Positions 1 to 9,922 of a stretch of DNA of 37,965 nucleotides are shown piece after piece (the first letter of the stretch is position 1; each line of letters begins with the position of its first letter). The stretch lies in assembly GCA_020342115.1 (NCBI GenBank), contig CP070841.1:3487531-3525495 (forward strand), in the 5' to 3' direction. The DNA is from Spirochaetota bacterium (GTDB lineage Bacteria; Spirochaetota; B62-G9; DRHN01). Made by a program: the position numbers and the translations under genes. The notes beneath the pieces are model-generated. The model was not told the DNA's origin, ran no database searches, and worked only from the letters and a program-made list of their open reading frames with translations.

Positions 1-1
1 G

Positions 2-349
2 CAGTATCTCTATTCAGACGGTGAAAGCTCGATTTTCATGGATCTGGAGAGTTTTGAGCAGGAGAGTATATCAAACTCTTTCATAGAAGAAGAGCGGAAA
101 TTTCTGAAGGAGGGACAGGAGGTTGATGTTAACTTCTACGAGTCGCAGATTATCTCTATAGAGCTTCCGCTTTTTGTTGAACTGAAAGTTACACATACAG
201 AACCGGGGCTCAGGGGAGATACACAGACGGCAACCTTCAAGCCCTCAACGCTTGAGACAGGTGCAAAGGTTCAGGTCCCCCTGTTTGTAAATGAGAACGA
301 TCTGGTCAAGATTGATACCAGGACAGGGGAATATATAGAGAGAGTATAG
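2..349 (+). CDS. efp: Elongation factor P, 5'-truncated by window edge
   Basis: Frame is open from position 2 (QYLYSDGESSIFMDLESFEQ). It has the EF-P motifs TEPGLRGDT, KPSTLETG and VPLFVNENDLVKIDTRTGEYIER. Confidence 0.97.
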   Translation, partial: QYLYSDGESSIFMDLESFEQESISNSFIEEERKFLKEGQEVDVNFYESQIISIELPLFVELKVTHTEPGLRGDTQTATFKPSTLETGAKVQVPLFVNENDLVKIDTRTGEYIERV

Positions 350-382
350 TTTTTCTGACATTGCTCATTCTGGGATGAGGTT

Positions 383-1477
383 TTGGGAAAGGAAAAAGAT
401 TATAATAAGAAACAGGGCCTTCGGTACTTCAGAAAGAAGCAGTGGGTGAAGGCAATATCATTTTTAGAAAAGGCTCTTAAGGAAAATAAAAATCCGCAAG
501 TATTTCTCTTTTTGGGTTATGCATCACTGTACACCGGGGATGTCGATGGAGCAAGGCGCTATTTTAAAGGAGGTTTACTTGAAAAAGAGGACGACCCGGA
601 CCTGCTAAAAGGCCTTGCGTATATCTATCTTAAGGATGAAAGACTGGAGGACGCAATAGGTCTATGGGGTGAAGTCCTCGATAAGCGGCCTAGCGAGAAG
701 ATTGTCAAAAGGGCGCTGGAAAAGTTGAGAGAAACCGAAGATGTTAAAGAATTTGCCCAAAAAGCAAAACTAACGGAATTTCTCTCTCCCAGACTTCCTA
801 TCCTGGTAAAGTTAAAACCTTACCTGCTTGGTATTTATATAACTGTTGGAATCATCATTATAGGAGTTGTGTTTTATACAACCCCGTTATACAAAAAAGC
901 TCTCCAGAGATTCTATCCAGAAATCATCGAGCTTGATACTATAGAACTTCCCGAAGGGCCAAAAACCGAAGAGGATCAGACACAGGCTCTCTACTCACTG
1001 TCTGAAGAGGAAATAGAAAAAAACTTCGTTCAGGTAAAAAGATATGTCTATAAAGAAAAAATAAATTCAGCAATTATCCTTCTAAACAAGGTTATGCTTT
1101 CCAATGCCTCACCTATAGTAAAGGAGAGATTCGATATATTATACACCTACATTGATCCGCCAGATCCTCTCTCCATTGACTACAACCCGCAATTCCATGA
1201 GATCATCAAAGAGCCGGGTATATATATGGGGGCTTATGTGTTATGGACAGGAAGGATAGCAAATCTGAAGAAGGAGAAGGAGAGTGCTCACTTTGACCTT
1301 CTTGTAAACTATGAGGATCAGGATACAATTGAAGGAATTGCACATGTAGACATAGACGGCGTGTACTATATCGAGAATCGTCAATCAGTAGAAGTATTCG
1401 GTTCCTATGAGAAGTATGATACTGAAACGGGCAAGCTTCTTATCCGCGGTATATTGATCAGGGACCTAAGATTATAA
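383..1477 (+). CDS. Tetratricopeptide-repeat membrane protein
   Basis: N-terminal TPR-like helices (AISFLEKAL, LGYASLYTGDVDGARRYF), one hydrophobic segment (LLGIYITVGIIIIGVVFY) and a beta-rich C-terminus. TTG start. Confidence 0.75.
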   Translation: MGKEKDYNKKQGLRYFRKKQWVKAISFLEKALKENKNPQVFLFLGYASLYTGDVDGARRYFKGGLLEKEDDPDLLKGLAYIYLKDERLEDAIGLWGEVLDKRPSEKIVKRALEKLRETEDVKEFAQKAKLTEFLSPRLPILVKLKPYLLGIYITVGIIIIGVVFYTTPLYKKALQRFYPEIIELDTIELPEGPKTEEDQTQALYSLSEEEIEKNFVQVKRYVYKEKINSAIILLNKVMLSNASPIVKERFDILYTYIDPPDPLSIDYNPQFHEIIKEPGIYMGAYVLWTGRIANLKKEKESAHFDLLVNYEDQDTIEGIAHVDIDGVYYIENRQSVEVFGSYEKYDTETGKLLIRGILIRDLRL

Positions 1478-1555
1478 TTGTATTTTCAAATCCATTATAC
1501 ATGTATAGGTAAAATATAAAAAGGTATGTAATTCAGCCTTAAACTCGTAATTAAG

Positions 1556-2551
1556 TCAGCCTGGAACGATCCTTCCGTCGGACTCGACACGAGCTATGGA
1601 AGACAGACCTGAATACGCTGTTGCGATCACCTGAGCTTCAATGGTTTTTCCTTCATCGAGGTGGCCGCAAGTACCTTTGCTCTTTGCAGCTTCTAGGTCG
1701 TAAGGAAAGCCAGTGGATGGCTCCAGGATGGCTGTGTATAGACCGCGCCATCCTCCAAGAGCTCTGAATAGCCAAACATGTGGGAACACACTTTTCTGAA
1801 ATGTGAGTGCGAAACCTGTCATTGAGCTTCTATCAGTAGCCGCATACCAGCCCTCTTCAATATCGATCAAATAATGCATGTCTGCTGAAGCACTCTCTTT
1901 TGGAACGATCTGCCTGAGATCTGCCTTCTCTCCATTGTGGGAGATAACATAGGGCCACCTGAAACTGCGATTAGCCTGGAATCGGTCCTCACGCCATGGA
2001 TCAGTCATTCCAGTGATTGCTGGAACATCGAGCCATGTGTGGGGGGTCACTTCAAGGGCAGGATGAATATTCCAAAGAAAATCAATGGGAGTGGTACCAA
2101 GGTTCGTAAAAGAGTACATAATGCGAATGAAGGGATCTCTATTTTCTAAGCAGATCGTCTTCTCGAACCTGGTAGGCAATACCCTTCCGTGGACGATAAA
2201 ACGAACTTCACATCGATTGGCGCTTGATGTAAGGATTTCCCAGTATGTGGGCTGAGACCAGATCTCTCCATGATCGGGTAAAAGGGCACCATCAGGAGCT
2301 TTTGCAGGCAGATCGTTCGGGATAAGCTCATCCCATCCACCAGACCAGTTGTCATCAAACGATGCACCAAAGGGTTGTCGTGCAGGAAGGATATGGGGAT
2401 GATGCCATAAAAGATTACGATCTGACGGCTTATATATGAAACTGTAGATCTTTGCGCCTAACTCTGGAAGGACATCAATACACAACACTTCATTCTCTAT
2501 TCGTACTAAGCGAAGACCGTGATACTGCCAGTTAGTGTCAATTCTTGTCAT
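1556..2551 (-). CDS. Galactose mutarotase/aldose 1-epimerase-like protein
   Basis: Motifs VLPELGAKIYS, GGWDELIP, DHGEIW and WNIHPAL are typical of mutarotase-fold proteins. Confidence 0.7.
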   Translation of the reverse strand: MTRIDTNWQYHGLRLVRIENEVLCIDVLPELGAKIYSFIYKPSDRNLLWHHPHILPARQPFGASFDDNWSGGWDELIPNDLPAKAPDGALLPDHGEIWSQPTYWEILTSSANRCEVRFIVHGRVLPTRFEKTICLENRDPFIRIMYSFTNLGTTPIDFLWNIHPALEVTPHTWLDVPAITGMTDPWREDRFQANRSFRWPYVISHNGEKADLRQIVPKESASADMHYLIDIEEGWYAATDRSSMTGFALTFQKSVFPHVWLFRALGGWRGLYTAILEPSTGFPYDLEAAKSKGTCGHLDEGKTIEAQVIATAYSGLSSIARVESDGRIVPG

Positions 2552-2611
2552 CTGATAGTTTCCTATCCATTATTCATGTATCGTTGATATTCTTATAGAG
2601 GTCTCTGTGAC

Positions 2612-3421
2612 TCATTTGAATAATGTCATTGTTTTTTTAAGTGATTCTTTATGATCCATGGTAGGCCAATATTCCAGCCCAATAAGTCCTTTGTATCCTG
2701 TTTTATCGATTTCTCTGACAATATATTGATAGTTTAACTCGCAGTTAACAGGCTCATTTCTTCCGGGAACACCTGCTATATGGAAATGTCCGATATATTG
2801 AATATTTTCTTGTATAAATGAAGTAACGTTTCCCTTCATGATTTGCATATGGTAGATGTCATACAGCATTTTCGCGTTTTTATGATTTACTTCTTTTAAA
2901 ACCTTTAGAGCAATCTCGGGGTCATCCAGAAAACAATCAGGATGATCTACTTTGGTATTCCATGGTTCTAAAAGTAATGTAATGTCTTCCCTTTCGCATA
3001 TTTTCATAGTAAGCAGGAGAGTTTCGATCATGTTTTCTATTGCTTCTTCTTTACCAATATCTTTCTTTTTATTCCCACTTGCGCTTATGAGCTGTTTACA
3101 ATCCAGCTTCTTTGCAAAAGATATCATTTCTTCAAGGTTATCGAGAATTTTATTCCTGTCATGTTTATCAATCAGGGATGCCATGATGCCTCCATCCGGG
3201 TGGTTGAAGACAAAATCGGAGACTTTTAGATTAAATTTTTCATTGAGTTCTGCTATCATATCAAAGTCTTTTGGCTCATCGATCAATTTTTTGCCATCGA
3301 AACGTGCATTGTGAAACCAGAATTCGTATGATTTAAAGCCTATTCTATAGATCCTCTCTATTCGTTTTTCATAGTCGAGATCAGAAAAAAATGTTTCAAT
3401 ACACACTCCTATTTCTGACAT
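2612..3421 (-). CDS. Hydroxypyruvate isomerase-like (Hyi) TIM-barrel sugar isomerase
   Basis: Motifs LLEPWN..DHP, LYDIYHMQI, HFHIAGVPGRNEP and GLEY. Start moved to ATG 3421 (MSEIGVCIE), which has GGAGG upstream; the ORF-track extension to 3523 looks non-coding. Confidence 0.85.
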   Translation of the reverse strand: MSEIGVCIETFFSDLDYEKRIERIYRIGFKSYEFWFHNARFDGKKLIDEPKDFDMIAELNEKFNLKVSDFVFNHPDGGIMASLIDKHDRNKILDNLEEMISFAKKLDCKQLISASGNKKKDIGKEEAIENMIETLLLTMKICEREDITLLLEPWNTKVDHPDCFLDDPEIALKVLKEVNHKNAKMLYDIYHMQIMKGNVTSFIQENIQYIGHFHIAGVPGRNEPVNCELNYQYIVREIDKTGYKGLIGLEYWPTMDHKESLKKTMTLFK

Positions 3422-3556
3422 ACAGGACCTCCAGTTGCTTTGTAGATTCATTGGTAAAGTCAAAATCGGGGGTAAAAACAGTATAGCAGTTCCAATGAAC
3501 CAGTCAATTATAAATCTATGCAATAAATTAAAAATATTCAGTAAACATATTAATGT

Positions 3557-3585
3557 TTGACAAAATAATTATATTAATTAATAAT
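3557..3585 (+). promoter_or_regulatory. Putative sigma70 promoter for ABC operon 1
   Basis: TTGACA at 3557-3562, 17-bp spacer, AATAAT at 3580-3585. AAGGAGG RBS precedes ATG 3626. Confidence 0.5.
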
Positions 3586-3625
3586 ACAAATATGAAGAGT
3601 AAAAAAATTTAAGGAGGTTATTACT

Positions 3626-4990
3626 ATGAGAAAAACAAGAATGTTTATGATTTTCTTTTTTGCCCTTGTGCTGCTCTTCTCGATTACCATTGTATTTGCT
3701 GGCAATGGAGAAGAGGAGGAAGGGACATCAGAGTCAGTGGAAAAGGGGCCTGAACCTGTAGAGCTTGTTTTCTGGTGGTGGGGCCAGCAGGAAGCACCTG
3801 GGCTCGAAGATTGGGTGAATGAAACTGTTGAGCTTTTTGAAAAGGAGTATCCCCATATCACTGTTGAGACTGTTCTCCAGGCAACTGAGAACGTGATCGA
3901 TGACTTTATTACTGCATCTGCTGCTGGAACTCCTCCTGACCTCCAGTACTTCTGGAACGGTATCTATCATCAGGAGCAGGTATGGATGGGCTACATCGAA
4001 CCTCTCAATGACTGGATCCCGGCAGAAGAGTTGAAACATATGTATGCTTCCGAGCTTTCAAACTTTCAGGGCAAACAGTACAGGGCAGGTTGGTATCTCC
4101 TTCCCATGACCTGGATTTACAACAAAAAGCTATTTAAAGAAGCGGGGGTGCCTGCGAACATGACACCTCCGAAGACCTGGGATGAGTTCATTAAGGTGTG
4201 TGAAATGCTTAAAAAAGCTGGTATCATCCCTATTGGCGCTGGTTTCAAAGATGGATGGTGGGGTGAGCACAACACAGGACATGGTCTGGTTCAACAAGAA
4301 GACCACGTTGCGGATACTACTAAACTCCTTGTCGGTGAGTATAAGTGGTCCAATCCTCGATGGCATGAGCACTGGAAGCGGCTTGAGCAACTCATAAATG
4401 CTGATTACATCAATGATGATGCGAATTCTCTTGAGCTCTATCCAGGCATGGAGCTTCTTTTAACAGGGAAATGTGCCATGACCCAGAGCATCGGGAGCTA
4501 TGTGCCTGAAGCCGAGAAACAACTTGGTGTTGAGAACGTTGGAGTAATGAAATACCCCACATTTGGCATAGGAAAGCTGGCAGAGATGCCAATAATGGAT
4601 GTTCAGGGAGTTGGTATATCTTCTCAGTCGAAGCATAAAAAGGAAGCGGCCGAGTTTATTAGATTCATGCACAGACCTGACCGTCTTACCGCAATGTGGG
4701 AGATGGTTAAAATATTTCCAGCGAATGATACCTGGGATGGGGAGAAGTATATCGAAGGACCGAATCTGCGCACAATGTGGACATGGTTTCAAGGGGAAAA
4801 CACAGCCTGGATCCCAAACATGATAGCGTGGGCCTTTGATTCAGAGGTCATGCATGTGGCTCCACAGATGATGATGACAGGAGCAACCACGGATGATATT
4901 GTAAAGCTGGCAGAGGAGGTTATTGCCCGCTGGAAAGAGGAAAATCCAGACCTTCTTGAAAGCCATAAGAAGTGGGCAGGCGTCAAGTAA
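3626..4990 (+). CDS. CUT1 (carbohydrate) ABC transporter substrate-binding protein 1
   Basis: Signal peptide ending VFAGNGEEE. SBP_bac_1-type motifs AAGTPPDL, YNKKLFKEAGV and PPKTWDEF. Confidence 0.9.
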   Translation: MRKTRMFMIFFFALVLLFSITIVFAGNGEEEEGTSESVEKGPEPVELVFWWWGQQEAPGLEDWVNETVELFEKEYPHITVETVLQATENVIDDFITASAAGTPPDLQYFWNGIYHQEQVWMGYIEPLNDWIPAEELKHMYASELSNFQGKQYRAGWYLLPMTWIYNKKLFKEAGVPANMTPPKTWDEFIKVCEMLKKAGIIPIGAGFKDGWWGEHNTGHGLVQQEDHVADTTKLLVGEYKWSNPRWHEHWKRLEQLINADYINDDANSLELYPGMELLLTGKCAMTQSIGSYVPEAEKQLGVENVGVMKYPTFGIGKLAEMPIMDVQGVGISSQSKHKKEAAEFIRFMHRPDRLTAMWEMVKIFPANDTWDGEKYIEGPNLRTMWTWFQGENTAWIPNMIAWAFDSEVMHVAPQMMMTGATTDDIVKLAEEVIARWKEENPDLLESHKKWAGVK

Positions 4991-5027
4991 GTATTATACA
5001 CTAAATAGTATTAAACTGGAGAAGAAG

Positions 5028-5048
5028 GGGGCTCTGTTTTAGAGCCCC
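5028..5048 (+). terminator. Intergenic stem-loop after SBP1 (attenuator or mRNA stabiliser)
   Basis: GGGGCTCT-GTTTT-AGAGCCCC is a perfect 8-bp stem followed by an AT-rich tail. Confidence 0.6.
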
Positions 5049-5059
5049 TTATAATTATT

Positions 5060-5932
5060 ATGATCAGATACAAATGGTGGCAGCCTCTATTGTATCTTAC
5101 GCCGATGGGACTCGCAATTCTTTTTGTGTACGGTTATCCTATTATTAGACTTTTTGATTTCTCTATGAGGAGAATCAGAGGGGCGAGTGGCCCATTTATA
5201 GGTTTTGACAACTACAGATTTGTTCTGCGAAACCCTATTTTTCAGGAAGCAGTCAGGCATAACCTGTTTCTCCTTGTCGGTGTCCCGATTCTTATTATTA
5301 TTGCCCTGATCTTTGCTTCACTGCTGTTTGAGCAGCTTAAAGGATGGAAGTTTTATCGTTTCGCATTTTTTTTACCATACATTCTTGCAGTTCCTGTGAT
5401 AGGGATTGTTTTCAGTTATCTGCTGATGCTTCATGGAGCGTTAAACGAAACTCTGAGGTTTCTTCGCCTTGATTTTCTGGCTCTTGACTGGATAGGGAGT
5501 CCAAACATTGCCTTAAAAACTCTCCTTGCTATTATAGTCTGGAAGGAGATGGGGTTTGGCATAGTGCTTTTTTTTGCTCGGCTTATGAGTGTTTCTGAAG
5601 AAATATACGATGCTGCAAAGATCGACGGTGCAAACTGGTGGCAGACGCTCTGGTATATAACAATACCACAGCTTCAAATAGTAATAGAATTCTTTGCAAT
5701 TGTAACAATAATCAACCTGCTTTCATGGATTTTCGCCTATGTCTATACGATAACAAGAGGAGGTCCAGGCACATCGACACAGGTAATGGAACTATGGATT
5801 TTTAATAAAGTGGCTCGTGGTGCACCAAATCCCGGCATGGGTGCGGCCGCTTCGGTCATACTGTTTCTTGGAACAATTGTTCTCATATTTACCCTCCTGC
5901 GACTCAGAATGAGGGTGGGAGAAGAAGAATGA
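5060..5932 (+). CDS. Carbohydrate ABC permease (MalF/UgpA-like)
   Basis: Multiple hydrophobic segments and EAA loop YDAAKIDGANWWQ. Confidence 0.92.
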   Translation: MIRYKWWQPLLYLTPMGLAILFVYGYPIIRLFDFSMRRIRGASGPFIGFDNYRFVLRNPIFQEAVRHNLFLLVGVPILIIIALIFASLLFEQLKGWKFYRFAFFLPYILAVPVIGIVFSYLLMLHGALNETLRFLRLDFLALDWIGSPNIALKTLLAIIVWKEMGFGIVLFFARLMSVSEEIYDAAKIDGANWWQTLWYITIPQLQIVIEFFAIVTIINLLSWIFAYVYTITRGGPGTSTQVMELWIFNKVARGAPNPGMGAAASVILFLGTIVLIFTLLRLRMRVGEEE

Positions 5933-6786
5933 AAGAAATGAGCAAGAGAACTGGAGTTAGTTTCGAAAGAGCTACTCAAAAGGCAATAAAGCAATTGCTG
6001 CTCATCATAGTGGCATTTATTGCCCTTTATCCACTCTACTGGTTGATCATCACTGCATTTAAGACTCAGGCAGATTACCTGGTTAACAAATTTGGCCTCC
6101 CGTGGCCAATAATGATAGGTAACATAGTAACCGCTTTAAGGGGAGGACGTTTTGCAAGATGGTTTTTAAACTCAACGATAATTACAGCAGGTTCAACACT
6201 TGCGGGAACAACAATCGCCTGCCTTGCTGCATTCGCTTTTGCAAAAATGCCCTTCAGAGGAAGCAATGCAATACTCAATTTTGTCATCTCTCTGATGGTG
6301 GTGCCTCCTGTTGTGATGATTGTACCACTCTTCATTCTTTACGCCCAGATCGGGTTTACGTCCACCTATCAGGGCATTATTGTTCTCTACGTTGGGCTTA
6401 CGATGCCTTTTTCTGTATATCTGCTCACGAACTTTTTCAAAACGATTCCTCATGATATAGTCGACTCTGCAATGATGGATGGATGCAGCCATTTTGGAAT
6501 ATTGTGGCGTATATACGTTCCCCTTTCAGCACCAGCTTTGGTAACCCTTATTATTGTCAATGCTCTCTGGATATGGAACGAACTGCTCCTCGCATTGGTA
6601 TTTCTACCAAAAGATAAGATGAGAACCCTTATGGTAGGAATAACCGCATTTAGATCGAGGCTTAACCTCGATATTCCTGTAACAATGGCTGGATTGTTGT
6701 TGAGCACATTGCCGATGATAATACTCTATGTTGTTTTTCAGCGATTCTTTATCCGTGGACTCACCGCTGGTGCAACAAAAGGCTGA
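5929..6786 (+). CDS. Carbohydrate ABC permease (MalG/UgpE-like)
   Basis: EAA loop DSAMMDGCS and C-terminal QRFFIRGLTAGATKG. ATGA overlap with the upstream permease. Confidence 0.92.
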   Translation: MKEMSKRTGVSFERATQKAIKQLLLIIVAFIALYPLYWLIITAFKTQADYLVNKFGLPWPIMIGNIVTALRGGRFARWFLNSTIITAGSTLAGTTIACLAAFAFAKMPFRGSNAILNFVISLMVVPPVVMIVPLFILYAQIGFTSTYQGIIVLYVGLTMPFSVYLLTNFFKTIPHDIVDSAMMDGCSHFGILWRIYVPLSAPALVTLIIVNALWIWNELLLALVFLPKDKMRTLMVGITAFRSRLNLDIPVTMAGLLLSTLPMIILYVVFQRFFIRGLTAGATKG

Positions 6787-6880
6787 TTGGCTAACCTTCT
6801 AATAGTTCTTGAGAGATCTCGTCTTCATTTCGATAGTATGAAGAATTGTATTAAGAAGTATAGAAAGAGGAAATAGTAAC

Positions 6881-7993
6881 GTGAAGTTTAAAGCTTCTAC
6901 CTTTGAAGAGAGAATTTTAAGTGTACAGTATCAATTGAGAACACAGGAGCTGAAAGGTGCGGTAATTTCAAATGCTGAAAATATTTTTTATTTATCAGGT
7001 CATCTTATCGGTGAAGGGTCTGGGCCTTCAATACTTTATATACCGGCAGAAGGTAAAGCAATTTTAACGGTTTCAGAATCGGAAGCTTCTCTACCAGGGA
7101 TAGAACATTTTCCTGGAATCATTTTTCCATATAAAGCAAAAGATTCTGAAGATAACAGCTCAGCGCTAGCACTATCATGCTTTAAAAATGAATATGCTGA
7201 GTTTGTGTCGCTCCCACTTGGAATTGAAGCCGGTACAATATCGTTTAGAAGTGCTGAAATTCTGGGCATCACTACAGATAGAGATTGGTTTGAAATTGAT
7301 CCAACGGTTTCACATATGCGCATGATAAAGGATGCAGATGAAATAGAACATATGAGGTCCGTAGTAAAAATATCCGATCTTGGACAGCAAAAAGCTAGAG
7401 AAGTTTTAGAGGAGGGTATAAGCGAGATCGAACTTCAGGCCGCATGCCGACATGTGATGGAAATTGAAGCAGGAATTCCTATAGAAATGAAGGCTGATGT
7501 TCTTTTCGGTTCGAGGACAGTGCTTATCGGAGGGCCTGCCGGTGTGGCCGGAAGATATAGAGCTGTAGAGGGGAATCTAGCTATAGTCGACCTCCTCCCT
7601 CGAGTTGAAGGATATTACGCTGATACCACGCGCACTCTCTGGTGTGGACCAAAGCCTCTCAAAAAAGAAAAGATTATGAATGATCTTTTTTCAGTTAAGG
7701 CTGAACTTGAAAAAATGCTTAAACCAGGTGTGGAAGCCGCGGTCCTTGATGGGATCGCGAGGAGCAAGCTCTCAAAAGTCGGTTCTTTTCCTCACCATAC
7801 AGGACACGGTATTGGAATCTCCTCATTTGAGGCTCCATTTATAACTCCAGATTCTCACTATGTACTTGAAGAAGGAATGACCATTACACTCGAGCCCGGA
7901 GTCTATTTTGAAGAATGGGGTGCGAGGATAGAAGATGATTACCTGATAACGAAACATGGCTTTGAAAGGCTTTCAGAATCATCGGAGGTTTGA
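6881..7993 (+). CDS. M24 family metallohydrolase (Xaa-Pro peptidase/creatinase-like)
   Basis: Creatinase_N-like N-domain (NIFYLSG). Metal ligands present: D..GYYADTTRT, HHTGHGIG, LEPGVY, RIEDD. Confidence 0.88.
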   Translation: MKFKASTFEERILSVQYQLRTQELKGAVISNAENIFYLSGHLIGEGSGPSILYIPAEGKAILTVSESEASLPGIEHFPGIIFPYKAKDSEDNSSALALSCFKNEYAEFVSLPLGIEAGTISFRSAEILGITTDRDWFEIDPTVSHMRMIKDADEIEHMRSVVKISDLGQQKAREVLEEGISEIELQAACRHVMEIEAGIPIEMKADVLFGSRTVLIGGPAGVAGRYRAVEGNLAIVDLLPRVEGYYADTTRTLWCGPKPLKKEKIMNDLFSVKAELEKMLKPGVEAAVLDGIARSKLSKVGSFPHHTGHGIGISSFEAPFITPDSHYVLEEGMTITLEPGVYFEEWGARIEDDYLITKHGFERLSESSEV

Positions 7994-7995
7994 AG

Positions 7996-9027
7996 ATGAG
8001 TTCTACCTGTAGAGCTGTAGTGTGGAAAGGCAAAGGTCATCTCGAAGTAGTAGAGAGACAAATCCCCAAACCCGATCCAAAAATGGTACTTTTAAAAGTC
8101 AGGGCTGCGGGTATATGCGGGACTGATCTTCACATACTTTCCGGTACACATCCACACGCGCACCCCCCTCTGGTTCCTGGTCATGAGTTTGCAGGTGAAG
8201 TTTATAAGATAGGCAAAGGGGTTGATAAAAAATTAATTGGAGCACGGGTTGGATCAGATTCTTATGTAGGGTGCGGTGAATGTATGTACTGCCGCTCTAA
8301 GAAGACACAGCTCTGTGAGAAGGGAACGCGTGAGCTTGGGGTTAATATTGACGGGGGTTGGACAGAGTATCTAACAGTGCCAGTTGAAAACCTCTATTTA
8401 ATTCCTGAAAACGTTGATTTTACAGACGTAGGGGCTGGCTGTATATTGAACTGTCCCATGGCTGCTGTAGAAAGTGTGAAGATCAATCCATCTGATATGG
8501 TTGTTATAATTGGTGACGGGCCTTCAAGTCTGGTCATGATTCAGCTTGCTAGGTTAAAGGGAGCATCAAAAGTGATTATTGCCGGTCATAGAGAGAGAAG
8601 GCTTTCGCTTGCACTTGAGTTTGGAGCTGACCATGTGATTAATACATATGAAAATGATTTGATCGAATTCATCAGTGAACTTGGCAGTGCCCCTCAGGTA
8701 GTTATCGATGCTGTTGGAAAAGCAGAAACAGTTGGGATGGCACTTACTATTGCCGAACGTGAGGGGAGGGTTCATCTTTTTGGCTTACCAGAAGGCCCCT
8801 TAAACAATATCTCAATGGATATACTATTGTGGAAGGAGATCACTTTAACAGGATCTACCGGGGCTCCAGGTCTCTGGCCTCCTGTGATGGAGTTGCTATC
8901 TAGGGGATACCTTAAGGTTGCACCAATAATAAGCCACCGATTCAGAATCGAGGAGGCTCCCAAAGCAATAGAGTTTATAAATGATAATCCGAAGCAAGTA
9001 ATCAAGGCAATATTTGAAATGCAATAG
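7996..9027 (+). CDS. Zn-dependent medium-chain (sorbitol/threonine-like) dehydrogenase
   Basis: Motifs GICGTD, GHEFAG and structural Zn CGECMYC..C. ATG 7996 lies 7 nt after GGAGG. Confidence 0.9.
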   Translation: MSSTCRAVVWKGKGHLEVVERQIPKPDPKMVLLKVRAAGICGTDLHILSGTHPHAHPPLVPGHEFAGEVYKIGKGVDKKLIGARVGSDSYVGCGECMYCRSKKTQLCEKGTRELGVNIDGGWTEYLTVPVENLYLIPENVDFTDVGAGCILNCPMAAVESVKINPSDMVVIIGDGPSSLVMIQLARLKGASKVIIAGHRERRLSLALEFGADHVINTYENDLIEFISELGSAPQVVIDAVGKAETVGMALTIAEREGRVHLFGLPEGPLNNISMDILLWKEITLTGSTGAPGLWPPVMELLSRGYLKVAPIISHRFRIEEAPKAIEFINDNPKQVIKAIFEMQ

Positions 9028-9064
9028 TAATTATTTTTATTGAGTATAGAGTAGGTGGAAGAGT

Positions 9065-9901
9065 GTGAGACTTAGCTGTCTGCCAGTATCATATTTTGGA
9101 AAGATTATTACGGGAGAGATGTCTGTTAAACAGTGGGCCATACAGGCAGCAGAAGTAGGTCTTGATGCAATAGATTTGAGTATCCTTTTTTTTAAGGATA
9201 AGGATCCGTCATATTTTTTTAAAATAGGAAGCGAAATTAGGACTTTAGGGATAGAGCTGGCTATTTTAAACACATATCCTGACCTAACTCATCCAAATGC
9301 ATCCGAAAGAAGGAAGCAACTATCTCAACTTGAAAAGGACATTGCCATTGCAAAAACACTGGGTGCCAAAATGGTCAGAGTAACAGCCGGGCAGGCACAT
9401 CCAGAAACATCCAGGAAATATGGCATCAGGTGGGCAATTGACGGTCTCATGCAGTCTCTTGATATAGCAAATGATTATGGAATAAAACTTGTATATGAAA
9501 ATCATTCAAAACCAGGCTGCTGGGATTATCCGGACTTTTCACATCCTTCAGATATATTTTTAGAAATAGTAAAAGGTATAACAGGAACAAACATAGGTGT
9601 ACTTTTTGATACTGCAAATCCTATTGCATATGGGGATGATCCCTTGCCTCTCCTTGAAGAAGTAATTGATATTGTAACCTGTATTCATGCAGCCGATACG
9701 AAAAGATTGGGGGCTCTGGAACCAGTTCCATTAGGTACAGGGCTGGTTCCTTTTCTTGATATTTTCAACACATTAAAACTCTCTGGTTTTAACGGGTTGA
9801 TAAGCATTGAAGAAGCAAGCGGTCTCGGAAAACATGGAGTTGTGAATGCCGTAGAGTACATAAGGAAGGTATGGGAGAATGCGAAGGAAGACAATGAATA
9901 A
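9065..9901 (+). CDS. Sugar phosphate isomerase/epimerase (xylose-isomerase-like TIM barrel)
   Basis: Metal-binding pattern YENH, FDTAN, IHAAD, LGTGLV and SIEE. Confidence 0.85.
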   Translation: MRLSCLPVSYFGKIITGEMSVKQWAIQAAEVGLDAIDLSILFFKDKDPSYFFKIGSEIRTLGIELAILNTYPDLTHPNASERRKQLSQLEKDIAIAKTLGAKMVRVTAGQAHPETSRKYGIRWAIDGLMQSLDIANDYGIKLVYENHSKPGCWDYPDFSHPSDIFLEIVKGITGTNIGVLFDTANPIAYGDDPLPLLEEVIDIVTCIHAADTKRLGALEPVPLGTGLVPFLDIFNTLKLSGFNGLISIEEASGLGKHGVVNAVEYIRKVWENAKEDNE

Positions 9902-9922
9902 AATTCAGAAGGGAATAGTCAA

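Noticed and set aside
1478-1555. Island boundary att site or tRNA after the efp-TPR genes
   Set aside because: No tRNA, integrase or direct repeat is visible, only a weak AT-rich palindrome (TATACATGTATA) between convergent genes.
3422-3523. N-terminal extension of the Hyi-like ORF
   Set aside because: The RBS and family similarity support ATG 3421.
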